A DNA stretch of 64,000 bases. Origin: an uncultured Flavobacteriales bacterium (GTDB lineage Bacteria > Bacteroidota > Bacteroidia > Flavobacteriales_D > Crocinitomicaceae). A program made the translations under genes and the position numbers. The stretch spans positions 236 through 64,235 of the forward strand of contig CAIOSO010000149.1 of NCBI GenBank assembly GCA_903860985.1. Direction: 5' to 3'. A model generated the notes under the pieces. The model was not told the origin of the DNA. It saw nothing but the letters and a program-made list of their open reading frames with translations, and did no database searches. Below, one piece after another: positions 1 through 9,449 of this stretch (positions are counted from its first letter, which is position 1; every line of letters begins with the position of its first letter).

Positions 1-229
1 TATAAAAGGGTAAGTTAAACAAACTATGTGTGTTTAATTGAAAAAAAAAGCCAATTAGAATAATCCATTAATAAAACAAGAAAATCTTTTCAGTTGTTAT
101 ACACAGCATTTAACAATTTAACAAAAAGCCTAGTTAATAAGTCCCGCTGGGATTTTGAGTAAAACCAGGGTTTTAAGCTCAATGGTAAATCTAAAAAGTG
201 AATAACTATAGCTATTTGTGAATAGTGAT

Positions 230-237
230 TACCTTTG
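230..237 (+). promoter_or_regulatory. Candidate Bacteroidetes-type -7 promoter box (TACCTTTG; consensus TAnnTTTG) upstream of rpiB
   Basis: Exact TAnnTTTG match ending 21 nt upstream of the ATG at 259. No clear -33 TTG at canonical spacing. Motif-only call. Confidence 0.3.
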
Positions 238-258
238 ACTTATAAAGATAAAAAAGAG

Positions 259-687
259 ATGATAATTCCCATTGGTTGCGATCACGCAGGATTTAAAACG
301 AAAGACCTTATTATTAAACACCTTACAAGTAAAGGATTAGAGGTTAAGGATTTTGGTTGTTACTCAGAGGACAGTATTGATTACCCGGATTATGCTCATC
401 CGGTTGCTGAAATGGTTGAAGCAAACCCAGGAATGATCGGAATATTATTGTGCGGTTCTGGCAATGGAATTAACATGACGGCAAATAAACACGCCGGAGT
501 GAGAAGCGCTTTGTGTTGGGAAACAGAAATAGCGGCGCTAGCAAGATCTCACAATGACGCAAACATCATTGCTATTCCAGCTCGTTTTGTATCAGAACAA
601 CTGGCCATTGACATGGTGGATAAATTTTTACAAACGGCATTCGAAGGAGGAAGACATCAAAATAGAATCAATAAGATTCCTTGTTAA
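259..687 (+). CDS. rpiB: Ribose-5-phosphate isomerase B (RpiB/LacAB family)
   Basis: ORF 235..687. MIIPIGCDHAGF N-terminus and CGSGNGI motif are typical of RpiB. The ATG at 259 is preferred because the TTG at 235 lies inside the candidate -7 box and RpiB proteins start right at the first beta-strand. Confidence 0.9.
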   Translation: MIIPIGCDHAGFKTKDLIIKHLTSKGLEVKDFGCYSEDSIDYPDYAHPVAEMVEANPGMIGILLCGSGNGINMTANKHAGVRSALCWETEIAALARSHNDANIIAIPARFVSEQLAIDMVDKFLQTAFEGGRHQNRINKIPC

Positions 688-1811
688 TTTGTACGAATAA
701 GTATTTCTACGCGTCTATTGGCCTCTTTCTCTTCTTCCGTTTGCGGCGTTTTGTAAATAGGCTTGGTGTTTCCAAATCCAATAGCTGTTAATCTTCTTGA
801 ATCAACCCCCCCCTCCACAAGGTAGTCTACTACTTTTTGCGCCCGCTTCTTCGATAATTTCATAGATACCATGTCTTTGTCGTTGTCTTCGTTTACATGC
901 CCGTGCACTTCAATTGAAACCGTAGGATTTAATATCAAAAAATCCCTTAGCCTTTTTAATTTAGGATAAGACTCTTCCAAAACAGAGGCTAATCCAGCAG
1001 CAAAATAAACATCATCTAATTCAGCCAGCATTCCTTCTTTAATGGGATTCAACCAAATGGTATCATAAAATTGAGCGCCCATAGGAATATTCGTGTTTTC
1101 AACGTCTGCCGACAAATACCCCTCCGCATCGACCCTTAACAATCCTCCTTTCACTTTTTTTAGCAAGTTCATCTCCAAATCACTCGCGCGATATACCCCA
1201 TTGATTTCATTTGACCCCTGGAGAACAATACGCGCCTCTATTGGGCTACGAGAAACGATGTCTCGAATCAACAAATGATAAACAGGTATAGACTCGTTGT
1301 AAACGAGGTTAAGCGGCCATGTTTTATTGGTCTCTTCTACATCTATATCAAAGTCGAGTTGACACGTAACAGATTGTTTGGATTTCTCCACACCTAAGAG
1401 AAGAATGAAATAATGCTCGTTCTCGTTCACCTTTAATTCCGTCTCAAACTTAACCAGAGAATCAAGGCTCCGCTCAACGATAATTTGTACGTTTTGTTCC
1501 TGTAACGCCGAGCACAAATCTATTTCTTTTTCCTTTAAAATAAGTAATTGAATGGTTTGATTTTGATGCAAAAAAGAGATGTTTATACTTCCTTTTTTAC
1601 TCGTAGTGAAGTCCATCCAAATTTGATTTTTCCCTGGATTTTTAGCGTGTTGAAACACCCCCTCCCCAGGAACAACCCCCTTTTTTCCTAAAAACGCTAC
1701 GGTGTATTTCCCCTCGGGCAGCACGCTCAATGCGTTTTCACACGATGAGAAGTCACGCTGCTGTGTAAAAGCAAGCAGCGGAGATAGCAAGAGAAACAAA
1801 ATGGTTCGCAC
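684..1811 (-). CDS. OmpA-family protein with an unrecognised N-terminal domain
   Basis: Signal peptide MRTILFLLLSPLLAFTQQ. The C-terminal ~110 aa is an OmpA-like peptidoglycan-binding domain (...RAQKVVDYLVEGGVDSRRLTAIGFGNTKP...NRRVEILI). Confidence 0.85.
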   Translation of the reverse strand: MRTILFLLLSPLLAFTQQRDFSSCENALSVLPEGKYTVAFLGKKGVVPGEGVFQHAKNPGKNQIWMDFTTSKKGSINISFLHQNQTIQLLILKEKEIDLCSALQEQNVQIIVERSLDSLVKFETELKVNENEHYFILLLGVEKSKQSVTCQLDFDIDVEETNKTWPLNLVYNESIPVYHLLIRDIVSRSPIEARIVLQGSNEINGVYRASDLEMNLLKKVKGGLLRVDAEGYLSADVENTNIPMGAQFYDTIWLNPIKEGMLAELDDVYFAAGLASVLEESYPKLKRLRDFLILNPTVSIEVHGHVNEDNDKDMVSMKLSKKRAQKVVDYLVEGGVDSRRLTAIGFGNTKPIYKTPQTEEEKEANRRVEILIRTN

Positions 1812-1826
1812 GAGGCGTTTAACGAA

Positions 1827-3221
1827 TTATTTCATCTTTAGTTTCATGTTGCCTGAAACTCGTGTCATCAAGTAAAAATCATTCGGGCCCAAGATGATGT
1901 TTGAAACAGAAAGCTGATCCACTTTTCCAGACAAAAACACACCCTCCGCCAAGGCGGTGTTTAGTTGTTGGTTAATGCTAACCTTTGTTTCTTGTAGGAG
2001 CGGGTTTAAATCATAGTCAGCTGCTTTACTCAGTTCTTCTAGGATTCTTTTATCAAACAACCACTTTGCGGTTTTTAGCAATACACTTTTAGAGTTGAGG
2101 TCGTATTCCACATCCGACATGACAAGGTGTTGTTCAGTCGTGATAGAGGGCCTCCCCACTAAATAAAACACACCCCTTTTTGAACCGGAAAAATGTACTT
2201 CCACCAGTAATTTCTGATCTTGTTGTCCTAGGACATGCAGCGAGTCAATAATTATGTGCTTGTTGTTAAAAGGAATATCCATTCCCATCATTGATTGATT
2301 CATGAGCTTATTGATGGAATCATAGGAGGCTTTAACAGAAATAGCCAATTGAAAACCATCGCCATTTTTATAAGGAGCTTGATTTGGCAATGGCGTTCGT
2401 TGTTGTGTCATGCTGTTTGTTGAAATCATCGGCTGAACAGTCAATAATACGTTCAGCGTTGCTCTTTTTGGATTGTTTTCAAAGCTAACAGGACTCAGCG
2501 CCATGCTTTTCGGATTTAAATAAAGCAATCCATAACCACTCAAATCCATGGGTTCTTCCAATTGTTTCCAAACATCCTGAAGGGAAGACCGAATATCAAC
2601 ATCTTCGATTTGTTTATCGATATCTTTTTCAAGCGACTCTAATTGCACGCGTACTTGTTTTTCAACTTCACTGGTTGCATCATATTTAAATACGGTGATT
2701 TCACACGGATCTAAAACATCAAACTTCTTAAGCTTCGTGCTGGTATTAAATCGATAGGCCTCTGTAATGGAAACGTTTGTGGAGTAAGCTACTTTCACTT
2801 TTCGCATCGGCTCACCCGACCCACAACTCGCGTAAATGCGCGGAACCGTGCACGAACCCTTTTCATCCCATAATTCATGGCATTTAGGACAATAATTAAG
2901 CTTTAATTCAAATTTACCATCCACTTCGTAGTACAATGAGTTGGGCTTTAGTTGGAAGTCAATCGGCTCTCTAATAAATTTATAGGAAAAACTGACGCCT
3001 TCACATTGCTCTTGTTTCCCATCAAATTGTTTGGGTAAGGATTTTTCAACCTTTTTTAATTGACTTGTTAAATCAATCTCGACCGGAATATTGATCTGTG
3101 ATGGCGGCAAAACTAAAAAGCTTGTGTCCGCGGATGATAGGGTGGGTTTTGCAATGTCAATCGTTTTACACGAGCACAATGCAAATAACAAAAGACAAAC
3201 AAGTAGTTTCATATATGGCAT
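1827..3221 (-). CDS. Lipoprotein, probably DUF4403 family
   Basis: 464-aa ORF with a lipobox (LLFALCSC). The family assignment is from memory only. The start could instead be the ATG at 3212 (MKLLV...). Confidence 0.6.
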   Translation of the reverse strand: MPYMKLLVCLLLFALCSCKTIDIAKPTLSSADTSFLVLPPSQINIPVEIDLTSQLKKVEKSLPKQFDGKQEQCEGVSFSYKFIREPIDFQLKPNSLYYEVDGKFELKLNYCPKCHELWDEKGSCTVPRIYASCGSGEPMRKVKVAYSTNVSITEAYRFNTSTKLKKFDVLDPCEITVFKYDATSEVEKQVRVQLESLEKDIDKQIEDVDIRSSLQDVWKQLEEPMDLSGYGLLYLNPKSMALSPVSFENNPKRATLNVLLTVQPMISTNSMTQQRTPLPNQAPYKNGDGFQLAISVKASYDSINKLMNQSMMGMDIPFNNKHIIIDSLHVLGQQDQKLLVEVHFSGSKRGVFYLVGRPSITTEQHLVMSDVEYDLNSKSVLLKTAKWLFDKRILEELSKAADYDLNPLLQETKVSINQQLNTALAEGVFLSGKVDQLSVSNIILGPNDFYLMTRVSGNMKLKMK

Positions 3222-3288
3222 GTTTAAAGATATGTCATATTTTGCGCATGAAAAAATAAGTCAAAAAAGAGGCCCAAAGACCCCGATG

Positions 3289-4521
3289 TTATGAATTCAT
3301 TTTAGCGATGAGGCCTTTATCCAAAGCGTCTAAAAATTCTTCTGTATACACATAGTGTTCTCCGTGATTCACTTTGTTTCCATGAATACACACCGCTAAA
3401 TCTTTGGTCATAATACCAGATTCAACTGTTTCAATACAAACGCGCTCCAATGAAAGACAGAAATCAATTAGATCTTGGTTCTTGTCTAATTTGCCCCTAA
3501 ACGCCAAGCCTCTTGTCCAAGCAAATATGGAGGCGATGGGATTCGTCGATGTTTGTTTACCCGCCTGGTAATCTCTATAGTGACGAGTCACTGTTCCGTG
3601 AGCCGCCTCGGCCTCCATAATTTCACCATCTGGTGTAATTAAAACAGAGGTCATCAAACCCAAGGACCCAAATCCCTGAGCAACCGTGTCGGATTGAACA
3701 TCGCCATCATAATTTTTACAAGCCCAAACGAAATTTCCATTCCATTTTAACGCAGAAGCAACCATATCGTCAATTAATCGGTGTTCATAAACGATCCCTG
3801 CAGCTTCGTATTTCGCTTTGAATTCGCTTTGGTAAATCTCTTCGAAGATGTCTTTAAAGCGACCATCGTATTTTTTCAAGATGGTATTTTTTGTTGACAA
3901 ATAAAGCGGCCATTTTTTGGAAAGCGCCATATTGAAGCAAGAATAGGCAAATCCACGAATGGACTCATCTGTATTATACATCGCCATTCCAACGCCGTCC
4001 CCTTTGAAGTTATACACCTCAAAATTTTGAACTTCACCACCATCTTCTGGTGTGAAAGTCATCGTTAATTTTCCTTTTCCTTTGAAAACAGCATCCGTTG
4101 CACGGTACTGATCCCCGAAAGCATGACGACCAACAATAATTGGAGCCGTCCAGTTTGTCACCAAACGAGGAACGTTTTGCATGACGATTGGCTCACGGAA
4201 AACAGTTCCATCAAGGATATTACGAATAGTTCCATTTGGAGATTTCCACATGGACGTTAGGCTGAACTCTTTAACACGCGCTTCATCTGGCGTAATGGTT
4301 GCGCATTTAATACCTACTTTATATTGTTTAATTGCTTCCGCGGCATCAATGGTAATTTGATCCTTGGTTTCATCACGTTTTTCAATGCCTAAATCGTAAT
4401 ATTTGATATCAAGATCTAAATAAGGAAGAATCAATTTGTCTTTGATGAATTTCCAAATAATGCGGGTCATTTCATCCCCATCTAACTCTACTACTGGATT
4501 TGCAACTTTAATTTTTGACAT
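3289..4521 (-). CDS. icd: NADP-dependent isocitrate dehydrogenase, eukaryote-like (IDH1/2-type, ~410 aa)
   Basis: [23 protein letters not shown]...[11 protein letters not shown]...GTVTRHYR motifs. The start is moved from 4542 to the ATG at 4521 because 4540-4547 is an exact -7 box on this strand. Confidence 0.93.
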   Translation of the reverse strand: MSKIKVANPVVELDGDEMTRIIWKFIKDKLILPYLDLDIKYYDLGIEKRDETKDQITIDAAEAIKQYKVGIKCATITPDEARVKEFSLTSMWKSPNGTIRNILDGTVFREPIVMQNVPRLVTNWTAPIIVGRHAFGDQYRATDAVFKGKGKLTMTFTPEDGGEVQNFEVYNFKGDGVGMAMYNTDESIRGFAYSCFNMALSKKWPLYLSTKNTILKKYDGRFKDIFEEIYQSEFKAKYEAAGIVYEHRLIDDMVASALKWNGNFVWACKNYDGDVQSDTVAQGFGSLGLMTSVLITPDGEIMEAEAAHGTVTRHYRDYQAGKQTSTNPIASIFAWTRGLAFRGKLDKNQDLIDFCLSLERVCIETVESGIMTKDLAVCIHGNKVNHGEHYVYTEEFLDALDKGLIAKMNS

Positions 4522-4539
4522 AGGTACATTTTTACTCCA

Positions 4540-4547
4540 CAAAATTA
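4540..4547 (-). promoter_or_regulatory. Candidate -7 promoter box (TAATTTTG) for icd
   Basis: Exact TAnnTTTG on the minus strand, 18 nt upstream of the ATG at 4521. Confidence 0.4.
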
Positions 4548-4652
4548 CGCAATTTTTCGTGAATTATAAGAGTGAATAAATGGCACAAAACCATGGGTAT
4601 AAAAGATATTGAACAGCCTTAAAAACATATGATTACCTGAAACAATGATTTT

Positions 4653-4907
4653 TTAATCAAAGAACCAAGTAACGAAAAGCACCAAAATTGACAAGATGAA
4701 TCCTAGGGACAAAATGGTTGGGATGAGCTTACTTTCTTTGCGCTCACCCTCAAGAAAAAACCGCCACAATACAAAACTGATGACTCCAAACGGATAGGCG
4801 ATGAATAATGCCGCACCATATACCCAAACGATTCCGGCCAAGGAAAACCATATGGCTAAAAGGAAAGAAATGAGTGCAATCCAATCGTTCTTTGTTCTAT
4901 GCATCAC
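4653..4907 (-). CDS. Small integral membrane protein (3 predicted TM helices), function unknown
   Basis: 84-aa hydrophobic ORF in its own intergenic slot, downstream of the fumC terminator. Confidence 0.55.
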   Translation of the reverse strand: MMHRTKNDWIALISFLLAIWFSLAGIVWVYGAALFIAYPFGVISFVLWRFFLEGERKESKLIPTILSLGFILSILVLFVTWFFD

Positions 4908-4943
4908 AGAAATAATAAGGAAGTCAAAGGTAATATTTTATCA

Positions 4944-4973
4944 TAAAAAAAGCGGCGGGAATTTCCCGCCGCT
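4944..4973 (-). terminator. Rho-independent terminator of fumC
   Basis: Perfect 10-bp inverted repeat AGCGGCGGGA/TCCCGCCGCT (4951-4973), followed in minus sense by a T-run (plus-strand A-run 4944-4950). Confidence 0.8.
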
Positions 4974-4996
4974 TTGATTTCTAATTCGACCAATGA

Positions 4997-6394
4997 TTAA
5001 TCCAATGAACCAATCATTTTGGATGGATCAACGTACTCATCATATTCCTCTGAGGTTACGTGTCCTAGTCCAACAGCCGCTTCTTTCAAAGTTGTACCGT
5101 TTTTATGCGCATATTTTGCAATTTCAGCTGCTTTGTAATAACCAATTTTCGTGTTAAGAGCAGTGACTAACATGAGAGAATTGTCTAAGTGTTTTTTCAA
5201 CACAGGTAAATTTGCTTCAATACCAGCGGCACAGTTATCAGTAAAGGAAACACACGCATCACCGATTAAGCGAGCAGACTGCAGGACATTCGCTGCAATA
5301 ACTGGTTTGAAAACATTTAATTCAAAGTGACCATTTGATCCAGCAATTGAAACCGTAACATCGTTACCCATAACTTGCGCGCAAACCATTGTTAAGGCTT
5401 CCGGTTGAGTAGGATTTACCTTTCCAGGCATAATAGATGAACCAGGTTCGTTGTCGGGAATGATGATTTCACCAATTCCACATCTTGGTCCAGATGACAA
5501 CATGCGTATATCATTCGCGATTTTCATCAAAGAAACAGCGGATCTTTTCAATGCCCCAGATAATTCCACCATGGCATCATGCGCCGCCAAAGCTTCAAAT
5601 TTATTTTTTGCAGTAACAAATGGAAGCCCCGTAAATTCCGCGATTTTTTTTGCGACAAGCACATCGTATCCTTTCGGTGTATTCAATCCTGTTCCAACAG
5701 CTGTTCCACCAAGCGCCAATTCACCGACAACCACTAGCGCATTGTTAATGGCACGAATGGAATAATCTATTTGTGCAACGTAACCACTGAATTCTTGTCC
5801 AAGTGTTAATGGAGTTGCATCCATGAAGTGCGTTCTACCCGTTTTCACGATGTCCTTGAATGCTTCTACTTTCGTTTGAAGTGCATTTCTCAAATGCAAT
5901 AAACCTGGCAAAGTAGTTTCCACGGTCATTTTGTATGCTGCGATATGCATCGCGGTAGGATAGGTGTCATTCGAAGATTGTGATTTATTCACATCATCAT
6001 TCGGATTCAGCACTTTTTCCTCGTCTAATAAATTTCCTCCTTGAAGCACATGTCCGCGGTTGGCGATGACTTCATTACAGTTCATATTGGATTGAGTCCC
6101 CGAACCTGTTTGCCAAATAACCAATGGAAACTCAGCATCATGTAGTCCAGTTAACACCTCGTCACAAACAGCAGAGATGAGGTCGCGTTTTTCTACAGGA
6201 AGAACACCTAAGTCATGATTGGCGTGTGCCGCAGCCTTTTTTAAGTAGGCAAAAGCATGAATGATTTCAATTGGCATAGAGCCTTCTGGACCAATTTTAA
6301 AGTTGTTTCGTGAGCGCTCGGTCTGTGCTCCCCAATAACGATTTGCCGGCACGTTAACCTCGCCCATTGTGTCTTTCTCGATCCTAAATTCCAT
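4997..6394 (-). CDS. fumC: Class II fumarate hydratase
   Basis: 465 aa. [13 protein letters not shown]..., the [13 protein letters not shown] signature, and colinear with FumC throughout. Confidence 0.96.
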   Translation of the reverse strand: MEFRIEKDTMGEVNVPANRYWGAQTERSRNNFKIGPEGSMPIEIIHAFAYLKKAAAHANHDLGVLPVEKRDLISAVCDEVLTGLHDAEFPLVIWQTGSGTQSNMNCNEVIANRGHVLQGGNLLDEEKVLNPNDDVNKSQSSNDTYPTAMHIAAYKMTVETTLPGLLHLRNALQTKVEAFKDIVKTGRTHFMDATPLTLGQEFSGYVAQIDYSIRAINNALVVVGELALGGTAVGTGLNTPKGYDVLVAKKIAEFTGLPFVTAKNKFEALAAHDAMVELSGALKRSAVSLMKIANDIRMLSSGPRCGIGEIIIPDNEPGSSIMPGKVNPTQPEALTMVCAQVMGNDVTVSIAGSNGHFELNVFKPVIAANVLQSARLIGDACVSFTDNCAAGIEANLPVLKKHLDNSLMLVTALNTKIGYYKAAEIAKYAHKNGTTLKEAAVGLGHVTSEEYDEYVDPSKMIGSLD

Positions 6395-6422
6395 TTTTTC
6401 GTGTATTGTAAATTAAATTGTT

Positions 6423-6430
6423 TAATTTTG
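6423..6430 (+). promoter_or_regulatory. Candidate -7 promoter box (TAATTTTG) for the small ORF at 6461
   Basis: Exact TAnnTTTG, 30 nt upstream of the ATG at 6461. Confidence 0.35.
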
Positions 6431-6445
6431 AACTGTATTCAAACA

Positions 6446-6453
6446 CAAAAATA
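6446..6453 (-). promoter_or_regulatory. Candidate -7 promoter box (TATTTTTG) for fumC
   Basis: Exact TAnnTTTG on the minus strand, about 52 nt upstream of the fumC ATG (6394). Confidence 0.3.
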
Positions 6454-6460
6454 ATAGAAG

Positions 6461-6619
6461 ATGAGCACTTTCGGCATTGTATTGTTTCTTTTAATTTTCG
6501 GCATGGCATTTTGGATGCTTTTGTTCTTATTAGGATTCATCCTACCTTATTGGCTAACATTAGGATTGTTCGAGCAATTGCGCCCGAAACGCATCTTTGA
6601 AGAAAAAGAAGAGAACTAA
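6461..6619 (+). CDS. 52-aa two-helix membrane peptide (absent from the ORF track, which shows nothing under 60 aa)
   Basis: Hand translation from the ATG at 6461: MSTFGIVLFLLIFGMAFWMLLFLLGFILPYWLTLGLFEQLRPKRIFEEKEEN*. It is bracketed by a -7 box (6423-6430) and an intrinsic terminator (6641-6663). It is a better fit than the overlapping 6418..6600 ORF. Confidence 0.45.
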   Translation: MSTFGIVLFLLIFGMAFWMLLFLLGFILPYWLTLGLFEQLRPKRIFEEKEEN

Positions 6620-6640
6620 ATCAAGATATACTATTGAAAA

Positions 6641-6663
6641 AGCGCCTATTAGGCGCTTTTTTT
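6641..6663 (+). terminator. Rho-independent terminator
   Basis: AGCGCC-TATT-AGGCGCT hairpin followed by TTTTTTT. Confidence 0.75.
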
Positions 6664-6761
6664 GTGTCTTGTACTTTTTTGATAATAACCATTGGAATGC
6701 GAAAGAAAACCGGAGCGTAAAATAAAAAATATGTAATTTCGAATATCAAACAACATCGCAC

Positions 6762-7706
6762 ATGGAAACCACAAAAGAATTACTAGAAAAACTCAACATT
6801 AAGTATGCGGCATTAGGTGAAAACGTAAACTCCTATTTAGAAGGGTTGCTACATGCAGAGGTTACTACATACTGGGATTATATTCAACTGGACACATTAT
6901 TAACACTCCAAAAACCAAAAACTAGTTTTCCTGACGAAGCAGTTTTTATCATGTATCATCAAATCACGGAGTTGTATTTTAAATTGGCCCTTCGGGAATT
7001 TGAACAAATCGGAGCCAATCAGGAACTAAGCAAAGCGTTTTTCATTTCACGTGTGACTAGAATTAACCGCTATTTTGATGCCTTAATTAAAAGTTTTGAA
7101 ATCATGATTGAAGGAATAGATCGGGAAGAATTTTTAAAATTCCGAATGTCTCTGCTTCCCGCAAGTGGTTTTCAGTCGGCTCAATACAGAGAAATTGAAA
7201 TATACAGCACGGATTTTCTTCAGTTAGTAGCGAAAGATCAACGTGCTAACTTCTCGAATAACGACAGTATTTCGGCGATGTTCGAACACGTCTATTGGAA
7301 AGCAGGAGCAACAGATGCGACAAGTGGAAAGAAAACACTTACACTAACTCAGTTCGAAGAAAAATATAGAGACGCCTTTATTGCGTTAGGCGAAAGTTGC
7401 CGAAACAAAAACTTATGGCAGTCCTACCTTCGATTAAGCGCGGAAGATCAAGCGGACCAATCTGTTCAAAAAGTATTAAGAGAAAACGACAGTAATGTAA
7501 ATGTCAATTGGCCATTGGCTCATTACAAATCTGCTGTTAGGTATTTGGCTCGTGATTCAGCGGATATCGCAGCTACCGGCGGTACAAACTGGCAAAAATA
7601 CTTGCCTCCGCGTTTTCAAAAACGCATTTTTTATCCGGCTTTATGGACGAAAGAAGAACAAGAAAACTGGGGCAAATCTTGGGTGGACGCCTCCTTAGCC
7701 TTGTAA
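6762..7706 (+). CDS. kynA: Tryptophan 2,3-dioxygenase family protein
   Basis: 314 aa. YWDYIQLDTLLTLQKP...MYHQITELYFKL is the TDO helical core signature. Confidence 0.8.
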   Translation: METTKELLEKLNIKYAALGENVNSYLEGLLHAEVTTYWDYIQLDTLLTLQKPKTSFPDEAVFIMYHQITELYFKLALREFEQIGANQELSKAFFISRVTRINRYFDALIKSFEIMIEGIDREEFLKFRMSLLPASGFQSAQYREIEIYSTDFLQLVAKDQRANFSNNDSISAMFEHVYWKAGATDATSGKKTLTLTQFEEKYRDAFIALGESCRNKNLWQSYLRLSAEDQADQSVQKVLRENDSNVNVNWPLAHYKSAVRYLARDSADIAATGGTNWQKYLPPRFQKRIFYPALWTKEEQENWGKSWVDASLAL

Positions 7707-7710
7707 CGAT

Positions 7711-9426
7711 TTATTTCTGAACTGTTTTCAGGTAAATCTTTGAGAAATCGATAATACCAGAAGGATTCATGCTAAATCCACGGACGCGTAGATTGATCAT
7801 GACAAAAAAGTCTTCGGAATATACAGGAATGATGGCGGTTTCGTTCGTAACAATCGCTTCACAGGCTTGTTGAAACATCCTTTTCTCTGCCACACTGGAA
7901 GTAAGAATTGACTTAAGGTACAACTGGTCGTATGCTTCGTTGTGAAATTTAACACCATACGTGTTTTCCTCAGAACCTTTATAAAATAAACGAAGATAAG
8001 ATTCAGCGTCCGGATAATCACCAACCCAGCCCGCTTTCCACAAGAGTGCTTGTCCTGTTTTTATTTTTTCATCCCGAGTCTTCGTGCTAACGTAAACAAG
8101 CTTTAGGTGAAGGCCTAATGCTTTATTTAGTTGTCGGCATACTTCTTTGCACCAAAGACCTGCATTACTTCCTTGTTGCGCGTTCACATAAAAAGAAATA
8201 ATAGGAAAAGGTTGGTCAGCTGAATACCCCGCTTGCATTAAATATTGCTTAGCAAGGGCTGTGTTCTGTGCCGTGATCGACAGATTAGGATTCGAATAAT
8301 AGTCGCTTTTCGGAATAAATCCTTGGTTTATAGGTTGTCCATCTCCCCTTAAAACATCTGTACAAATGATGTTCTTGTCTAGTGCTAAAGACAGTGCTTT
8401 TCGAACCAAGGCATTGTTAAACGGTGGTTTTCTCAAGTTCCAAGCTAGGTAGTGAATTTTAGACGCTTTTTGAATGTGTACTCGGTGAAGCAGGTTTTTA
8501 CCCTTTTTAGCATCTGTCAATGTGCCAAACGCTTTTTCCAGTTCAGTTACAGGAAGGTCAAACAATAAATCAATTTTCTCTAATGAAAACATCGGAAATT
8601 CATCGGAAAGCCGAGTGTTTGTATATACATGAACCCCATCCAAATAGGGAAGTTGATTTCCAAAGTGATCTTGCTTCCAGTAATCTTCATTTCGCGCCAA
8701 CTCCACCCTTGATTTTGATTTTGATTTGATGTAAAACGGACCAGAACCAATAGGATGTTCGCGCAGCGCTTTTCCGTAAACACCCCACGAAACTTTGGAT
8801 AGAATCCCCAGGCTTGGGTGTGTTAGAAGCTGTTTGATGTTGTTATAAGGCCGGGTCAATTGTATTTCTAATTCGAATTTATTGATAACATGAATGCCTG
8901 AAACATAGGATTTTTCTGGACGAACAGCATTTTTAAAATACGCCTCTGAACCACGTATTTTTCCTATCAACAAAGACCCGGATTGATTAAGCGGATTGTT
9001 TGAACAAGCAACACTCAATGTAAAGGCAACATCATCAGCGCTCAACTCGCGGGATTCACCAGAGAAACACTCGTCTTGATGAAATAGGACGCCTTTTCTG
9101 AGTTTTATGTATACGAGCCTGCCGTCTTTTTTAAGTTGTATTTCCTTTGCTAAATAATTCTCAATCGTTCCTTTTGAATCTGTTTGTTTAACAAGGGGGT
9201 CAAATAACTGACTTATAATTCTAAGTTCGGAAAGGGCATTTGTTTCTAACGGGAACAAACTATTCAAGGATTCTGGCAGCGAGTAAGAAAAAACGCCCCC
9301 ATAATAACGATCCCCATTTGCTGTTTTCACCGGTTCATTTGAACGGTAATACAGCCAAACAAACAAAATAGCCCCAAAAGCCGCTAAAAAGAATATAAAT
9401 TTAGCGCGCCGAAAGGGTTGTTTCAT
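7711..9426 (-). CDS. ABC transporter substrate-binding protein, family 5 (peptide/nickel type), orphan
   Basis: 571 aa with an N-terminal membrane anchor or signal. Overall SBP_bac_5-like sequence. No permease or ATPase genes adjacent. Confidence 0.75.
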   Translation of the reverse strand: MKQPFRRAKFIFFLAAFGAILFVWLYYRSNEPVKTANGDRYYGGVFSYSLPESLNSLFPLETNALSELRIISQLFDPLVKQTDSKGTIENYLAKEIQLKKDGRLVYIKLRKGVLFHQDECFSGESRELSADDVAFTLSVACSNNPLNQSGSLLIGKIRGSEAYFKNAVRPEKSYVSGIHVINKFELEIQLTRPYNNIKQLLTHPSLGILSKVSWGVYGKALREHPIGSGPFYIKSKSKSRVELARNEDYWKQDHFGNQLPYLDGVHVYTNTRLSDEFPMFSLEKIDLLFDLPVTELEKAFGTLTDAKKGKNLLHRVHIQKASKIHYLAWNLRKPPFNNALVRKALSLALDKNIICTDVLRGDGQPINQGFIPKSDYYSNPNLSITAQNTALAKQYLMQAGYSADQPFPIISFYVNAQQGSNAGLWCKEVCRQLNKALGLHLKLVYVSTKTRDEKIKTGQALLWKAGWVGDYPDAESYLRLFYKGSEENTYGVKFHNEAYDQLYLKSILTSSVAEKRMFQQACEAIVTNETAIIPVYSEDFFVMINLRVRGFSMNPSGIIDFSKIYLKTVQK

Positions 9427-9449
9427 AAGAGTCGTTTTAATGCTTAGGC

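Noticed and set aside
1-229. Possible ncRNA or partial gene at the left edge
   Set aside because: No open frame is present. Only short AT-rich inverted repeats occur, for example TTAAACA-N9-TGTTTAA near 14-36. I recognise no known RNA family signature, and there is not enough evidence to call a feature.
6418-6600. 60-aa ORF from the track between fumC and kynA
   Set aside because: It has a non-ATG start and a non-protein-like sequence. The overlapping 6461..6619 frame gives a coherent two-helix membrane peptide with promoter and terminator signals.
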